Of a DNA stretch of 64,000 nucleotides, positions 59,650-64,000 are shown one piece after another. The DNA is from an uncultured SAR86 cluster bacterium (GTDB lineage: Bacteria; Pseudomonadota; Gammaproteobacteria; Magnimaribacterales; D2472): the NCBI GenBank assembly GCA_902608115.1, contig CACLMT010000003.1, forward strand, positions 40,302 to 104,301, written 5' to 3'. How positions within the stretch are numbered: position 1 is the first letter of the stretch; every line of letters begins with the position of its first letter. The notes beneath the pieces are model-generated. The model was not told the DNA's origin, searched no databases, and saw only the letters and a list, made by a program, of their open reading frames with translations. A program made the position numbers and the translations under genes.

Positions 59650-60128
59650 TGTTCTGTCCATTCTGTCAAGCTCAAGATACTAAAGTTATTGATTCAAGGC
59701 TTGTTGGAGATGGTTCTCAAATTCGTAGAAGAAGAAAATGTGAGGTCTGCCATGCTAGATTTACAACTTTTGAAACAGCTGACCTAGCTTTACCTAGAAT
59801 TATTAAGAGCGATGGTGAGCGTCAGCCCTTCAATGGTGTCAAGTTAAAAGCTGGCATGTTAAGAGCCCTTGAAAAAAGGCCTTTGTCATCAGAAGAAGTA
59901 GATGGTTTATTTGGAAGCATCTTAACTGAGATTCGCCAACTAGGCGAAAGAGAAATTAAATCACGTCAATTGGGTGAAATTGTAATGAGGAACCTAAAAA
60001 AAATTGACCAAGTTGCATACGTTAGATTCGCCTCAGTCTACAGAGATTTTCAAGATATAGATGAATTTGCTCAAGAAATTTCTACTCTAACCAAGGAGAC
60101 CAAAAAAAAATCCTCTAAAAAGAAATAA
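59649..60128 (+). CDS. nrdR: Transcriptional repressor NrdR
   Basis: [16 protein letters not shown] zinc ribbon, ATP cone, [10 protein letters not shown]. Confidence 0.96.
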   Translation: MFCPFCQAQDTKVIDSRLVGDGSQIRRRRKCEVCHARFTTFETADLALPRIIKSDGERQPFNGVKLKAGMLRALEKRPLSSEEVDGLFGSILTEIRQLGEREIKSRQLGEIVMRNLKKIDQVAYVRFASVYRDFQDIDEFAQEISTLTKETKKKSSKKK

Positions 60129-60136
60129 AAGATATT

Positions 60137-60556
60137 GTGAGTAAAAATCTTAGTAAATATAAAAAAGAGTTGAAAACTCGAGAATGTTTAGTTCAAGCTA
60201 TTTATCAATTTATTTTTCAAAGTACACCCATGCATTTTTTAATTGAACAATTCTTAAATGAAAACTCTTCAAAAAATATCAACTATGAATACTTTAAAGA
60301 AAGACTAGAGCATATCTATGCTCAATCTAATAGCCTAAAAAAAATTACCAGGAATGCAAAAAATCTAGAAGAAGAAAGTATTGAAATGATTGATGAAGCA
60401 ATTATTTGGCTGGGTATTGTTGAAATTAAAGCAGATAATTTACCTCAAGCTGTCGTCATAGATGAATGTATACGATTAGCAAAAAAGTTTTCGAACCCAA
60501 ACTCATTTAAGTTCATAAATGCAAAACTTGATGGTTGGCTCAAAGAAAATTCATGA
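60137..60556 (+). CDS. nusB: Transcription antitermination factor NusB
   Basis: RE..VQAIYQ, P.AVVIDE.I.LAK.F...S.KFINA.LD. Confidence 0.88.
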   Translation: MSKNLSKYKKELKTRECLVQAIYQFIFQSTPMHFLIEQFLNENSSKNINYEYFKERLEHIYAQSNSLKKITRNAKNLEEESIEMIDEAIIWLGIVEIKADNLPQAVVIDECIRLAKKFSNPNSFKFINAKLDGWLKENS

Positions 60557-60563
60557 TTATCCC

Positions 60564-62795
60564 TTAAGAAGAATAATTTAGAAATATTGGGCTAGACCAA
60601 GCCCTATGTTCTGCAGGTGCTATACACTCTCCACGATTTTTATGAATTCCTACCCTACATATTTCTGCACTAATACATTGACCATTCTCATCAAATTCAC
60701 AACCTAATGGATCAGCAGAAAGCGTTGAAGACTCTTCTTCAATTGCTCGCACATAATATATTGCATCACGACGACCAGTTGAAAAATCTTCATCTTCAAA
60801 AGAAATTTTACAAGTAGTTTTGTTGCATGCGAAGGATTTCCAAACATCTTTAACTAAACCCTGAACGGGCTCATTCTCAAACTGTTGTGGCAAAATCTTA
60901 ATAACCTCAATGCGAGAAATTAAACGCCTTTCATTGCTTGGGTTGTAACATTCCGAATTACAAATTTTCTCTAATCTCTCTTTAGAAAGGCTATCATTAC
61001 TATAATCGGGGCATCCAGGTATTTGTTTCAAAGATCCAGCAGCCCTTACTATAAATACAGGAGATTGTTTTGAATTAATTTCCGAACCCATTGGTAATAT
61101 ATCTGATCCCGTTTTGGCATCAAACCATAATAAAATTCTTGGACCAGAAGTAGCATATACTTCTTTCTTTTCAAGAGCATCCCAAATAGACTGCCGGTCT
61201 CGTGAAGTTGCATGGGCTGCAACTAAACCACCTGACATAAAATATGCACTTTGTCTTTCTGAATCGGTTGCAATATTTAAATCCATAATACTTGTAAGGG
61301 TTCTTTCGCCTAAATTTAAATAAGTTGAGGTTAACTTTCCTTTCTCTCTACTTAGATCACTTAGTAAATTAAAAAACTTACTATTAAAACCATTTGCCTC
61401 AGTATTATAAAGACGATCAATTTCTTTATATCCTGTACCAGGTCTGGCTCCATGATTATCACTAGATCCAATAAAACCAAATTTAAAACTCTTAGGATTC
61501 TCTTTATTTGCAAAATCTCTCAAGGCTAAAACATATTGGGCGGAACCAAGGGGTCTATAATTAAATGACGGTAAAAAGCAATCGTTACATTGACCAGCAT
61601 TTAAAAACTCATTTGGATGAGCTTCATTAACTGAAAGATGCGCAGAGCTACCCATGTTTACTGCATTGGACTTAACCAAGTTTACTAAGTCATTGCAGGC
61701 ATCCGCATCCATACCAGAATCCTGGCATCTTAAAGCCATAATCTTTCCTGCTTGCTGACATGTGGGTAAAAAATCCTCTGTAACTTTTGGACAAAATAAA
61801 TTACCACTTTGATCAATTGCCGCATCATTCCAAGAACGATATTCTTCAGAATTTCCATGACCTGAATAAATTTCAAATAAAAATTGTGAATCATCATCTT
61901 GAAAGTTTTGAAGTTGTTTTTTCCAATCTGCGGTTGCAGGAGTGTAATAACCCCATGTAGTTCCATGAGGTATAACCATGTATGGGGTCTCCCATGCTTT
62001 CAATTTCTTAAATAAAATATTTGGATCTTCTGCTTCTTCATAACAATTTATAGGTAAATCTTTCGTTTCAACATCCTTAGAGCAAATGGGGGTATCTTTT
62101 ATCTCTTCAAAAAATTTATTAAATGCAAAAAATCTGTCTCTATTTTTTAGATCTAAAGTTGCTGGTAAAGCAGACATAGTCCAAGGCAATCCAAGACGCA
62201 TAACAAGCGGAGCTAATCCCCCTGAACCAATAGCTCTAGGAGGAACTAAAACATCATCTGTCTCTAAAAACATTACATTTTTATGGCCAAAATGAGTATC
62301 TGGATTTCTGTCAACTTGGGTCCACTCCCAACCCAAAAAACTAACTAAATCATTACTCCCCTGAGATAAATTATTACATTGTTGGATACTCTTTTTAGTA
62401 TCGAGCCATTTTCTAGGAGTACTAGCTTCTGCGTGATCATTAATAGACCAAAAATCTAATGAAGAACAAAATCTTGCAAAATCACATGCATCAGCTATAG
62501 GGGACGCTCCTTTACCATTTAAAAATGGGAGTGACCACATAAAAGCATCTGTTGAGTAAGTAGTATGCACATGCAAGTCACCAAAAAGGATCTGCTTTTC
62601 ATCTGAAATACTTAATTTATCTTTAACTAAATTTATTTTTGAAGCTTTATCTTTTAAAACCTCCACGGGCAATGCTTTTCCTTTAATAGTTCCAGGGCCA
62701 TCTAAAGCCCCGAATTGCTTGAAAAGTGCTCCTACAAAGAAAATAGAAAAACTAAAAATAAATAATAATAAAATTGAAAGTATAAATTTTTTCAT
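60564..62795 (-). CDS. DUF3604 family protein (PHP-like metallohydrolase fold), exported
   Basis: FGDLHVHTTYSTDA, NDH, GWEWT, IPH, SSDNH, EVYATSG.RI, YYVRA, RAWSSPI; hydrophobic N-terminus. Confidence 0.85.
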   Translation of the reverse strand: MKKFILSILLLFIFSFSIFFVGALFKQFGALDGPGTIKGKALPVEVLKDKASKINLVKDKLSISDEKQILFGDLHVHTTYSTDAFMWSLPFLNGKGASPIADACDFARFCSSLDFWSINDHAEASTPRKWLDTKKSIQQCNNLSQGSNDLVSFLGWEWTQVDRNPDTHFGHKNVMFLETDDVLVPPRAIGSGGLAPLVMRLGLPWTMSALPATLDLKNRDRFFAFNKFFEEIKDTPICSKDVETKDLPINCYEEAEDPNILFKKLKAWETPYMVIPHGTTWGYYTPATADWKKQLQNFQDDDSQFLFEIYSGHGNSEEYRSWNDAAIDQSGNLFCPKVTEDFLPTCQQAGKIMALRCQDSGMDADACNDLVNLVKSNAVNMGSSAHLSVNEAHPNEFLNAGQCNDCFLPSFNYRPLGSAQYVLALRDFANKENPKSFKFGFIGSSDNHGARPGTGYKEIDRLYNTEANGFNSKFFNLLSDLSREKGKLTSTYLNLGERTLTSIMDLNIATDSERQSAYFMSGGLVAAHATSRDRQSIWDALEKKEVYATSGPRILLWFDAKTGSDILPMGSEINSKQSPVFIVRAAGSLKQIPGCPDYSNDSLSKERLEKICNSECYNPSNERRLISRIEVIKILPQQFENEPVQGLVKDVWKSFACNKTTCKISFEDEDFSTGRRDAIYYVRAIEEESSTLSADPLGCEFDENGQCISAEICRVGIHKNRGECIAPAEHRAWSSPIFLNYSS

Positions 62796-62818
62796 CCTTC
62801 CCCCCGGGGTTATAACTT

Positions 62819-64000
62819 TTAGCTCTTATAAATGGTCTGATCTCTAGACGGTCCAACAGAAATAATATCTACTGGGCATCTCAAATAAGTTTCAATGAAT
62901 AGTATATATTCCTGAGCTTCTTTGGGTAAATCTGTAAAAGTTTTAATATTAGAAATTTGCGTTTTCCAACCTATAAATGTTTTATAAATAGGATCCTGGT
63001 TTTCATCATAATCAATACAAATTTTTATTTCTTTAAATCTATCCAACACATCCAATTTTGTAACACAAAGGCTGGTAACAGAGTTTACAAACATAATTTT
63101 TTCTAATGCTTTTAAATCTAGCCATCCACATCTTCTAGGTCTTCCAGTAGTAGCGCCAAACTCATGCCCTATTTTTGCAAGCTGTTTAGCATTTTCATCA
63201 AATAATTCTGTTGGAAAAGGACCCTCGCCCACTCTTGTTGTATAAGCTTTAGTAATTCCTAAAATAGAATCTATATATTTTGGACCTATCCCTAGGCCTG
63301 TTAAAAGACCTCCGGCTGTTGTACTCGAAGAAGTAACATATGGATATGTTCCATGATCTATATCTAGCATTGATCCCTGAGCGCCTTCAAAAATAATTTT
63401 TTTATTATCTTGAACCCATTCGCTTAACAGTTCTTGCGTTGGGGTATGAAATTTATCATACAATTTTTGATGCTCTACTAACTCTTCTTCAACATCTTTA
63501 AATGGCACAGGATCTGAATCATATAAATGCATTAAGATTTTATTATGATACTCAACTAATATTTTTAATTTAGGTTTAAGGAATGAAAGGTCTTTTAAAT
63601 CGCCAAAGCGAATTGCCCTTCTAGCAACTTTATCCTCATATGCTGGACCGACGCCTTTACCAGTGGTACCAATTCCCTCGGACTTGTCCCTAACTTTATC
63701 AATTTGAATATGTGTTGGTAGAATTAGACAACAATCATTACTAATATAAAAACGATCTTTAAAATTAATTCCGCTCTTTTCTAGCTCTAAAATTTCTTCT
63801 GATAATGCTCTTAAAGATAAGACAAGCCCATTACCCAAGACACAATCAATTGATGGATGAAGGATGCCTGATGGCACTAGATGTAAGACTTTCTCTTCAC
63901 CGTCAACTTTTATTGTATGTCCTGCATTGTGACCACCCTGAAATCTACAAACTACTTCAGAATTTTCAGCAAGAGCATCTACGATTTTTCCCTTTCCTTC
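62819..64000 (-). CDS. purA: Adenylosuccinate synthetase; 5' end lies beyond the window
   Basis: Frame open to the window edge: EGKGKIVD...QGGHNAGHT, IGTTGKGVGPAY.DK, FEGAQG, GATTGRPRRCGW. Confidence 0.96.
   Translation of the reverse strand, partial: EGKGKIVDALAENSEVVCRFQGGHNAGHTIKVDGEEKVLHLVPSGILHPSIDCVLGNGLVLSLRALSEEILELEKSGINFKDRFYISNDCCLILPTHIQIDKVRDKSEGIGTTGKGVGPAYEDKVARRAIRFGDLKDLSFLKPKLKILVEYHNKILMHLYDSDPVPFKDVEEELVEHQKLYDKFHTPTQELLSEWVQDNKKIIFEGAQGSMLDIDHGTYPYVTSSSTTAGGLLTGLGIGPKYIDSILGITKAYTTRVGEGPFPTELFDENAKQLAKIGHEFGATTGRPRRCGWLDLKALEKIMFVNSVTSLCVTKLDVLDRFKEIKICIDYDENQDPIYKTFIGWKTQISNIKTFTDLPKEAQEYILFIETYLRCPVDIISVGPSRDQTIYKS

Overview
AT-rich, very densely coded chromosome segment of a streamlined gammaproteobacterium. 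It looks SAR86-like from gene content and compactness, but that is an inference, not a classification result. Positions 1-14.3 kb are a minus-strand surface-glycan island: wzz, galE, a PglK-type ABC flippase, Neisseria siaABC-like neuABC, a WbuXYZ-type amidotransferase trio, an orphan sialyltransferase/Maf-like gene, pseCGHI and a DUF4910 gene. The island is headed by an unusual cassette: rfaH, promoter, tandem palindromic operator, an ops element lying inside a terminator-like hairpin, an EPS-type MarR gene, tRNA-Cys and tRNA-Leu. This cassette sits where glyW normally follows pgsA. The rest is mostly core genome: uvrC, pgi, pyrF, ihfAB, rpsA, cmk, aroA, tyrA, hisC, pheA, serC, gyrA, pnt, ubiG, scpAB-rluB, DAHP synthase, an RND pump, xseB-ispA-dxs, ribA-pgpA-thiL, a lipid catabolism/TonB block, nth, glyA-nrdR-nusB, DUF3604 and purA. 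The main oddities there are a domesticated lambda O/P-like (DopC/DopE) gene pair, tandem NrdR-like boxes at the scpAB promoter, a RibA with K101T/Y105F substitutions while the rib genes are missing from nrdR-nusB, and an RND adaptor lacking its alpha-hairpin. I saw no CRISPR array, integrase, transposase or rRNA. All homology calls come from recalled motifs; no searches were run.
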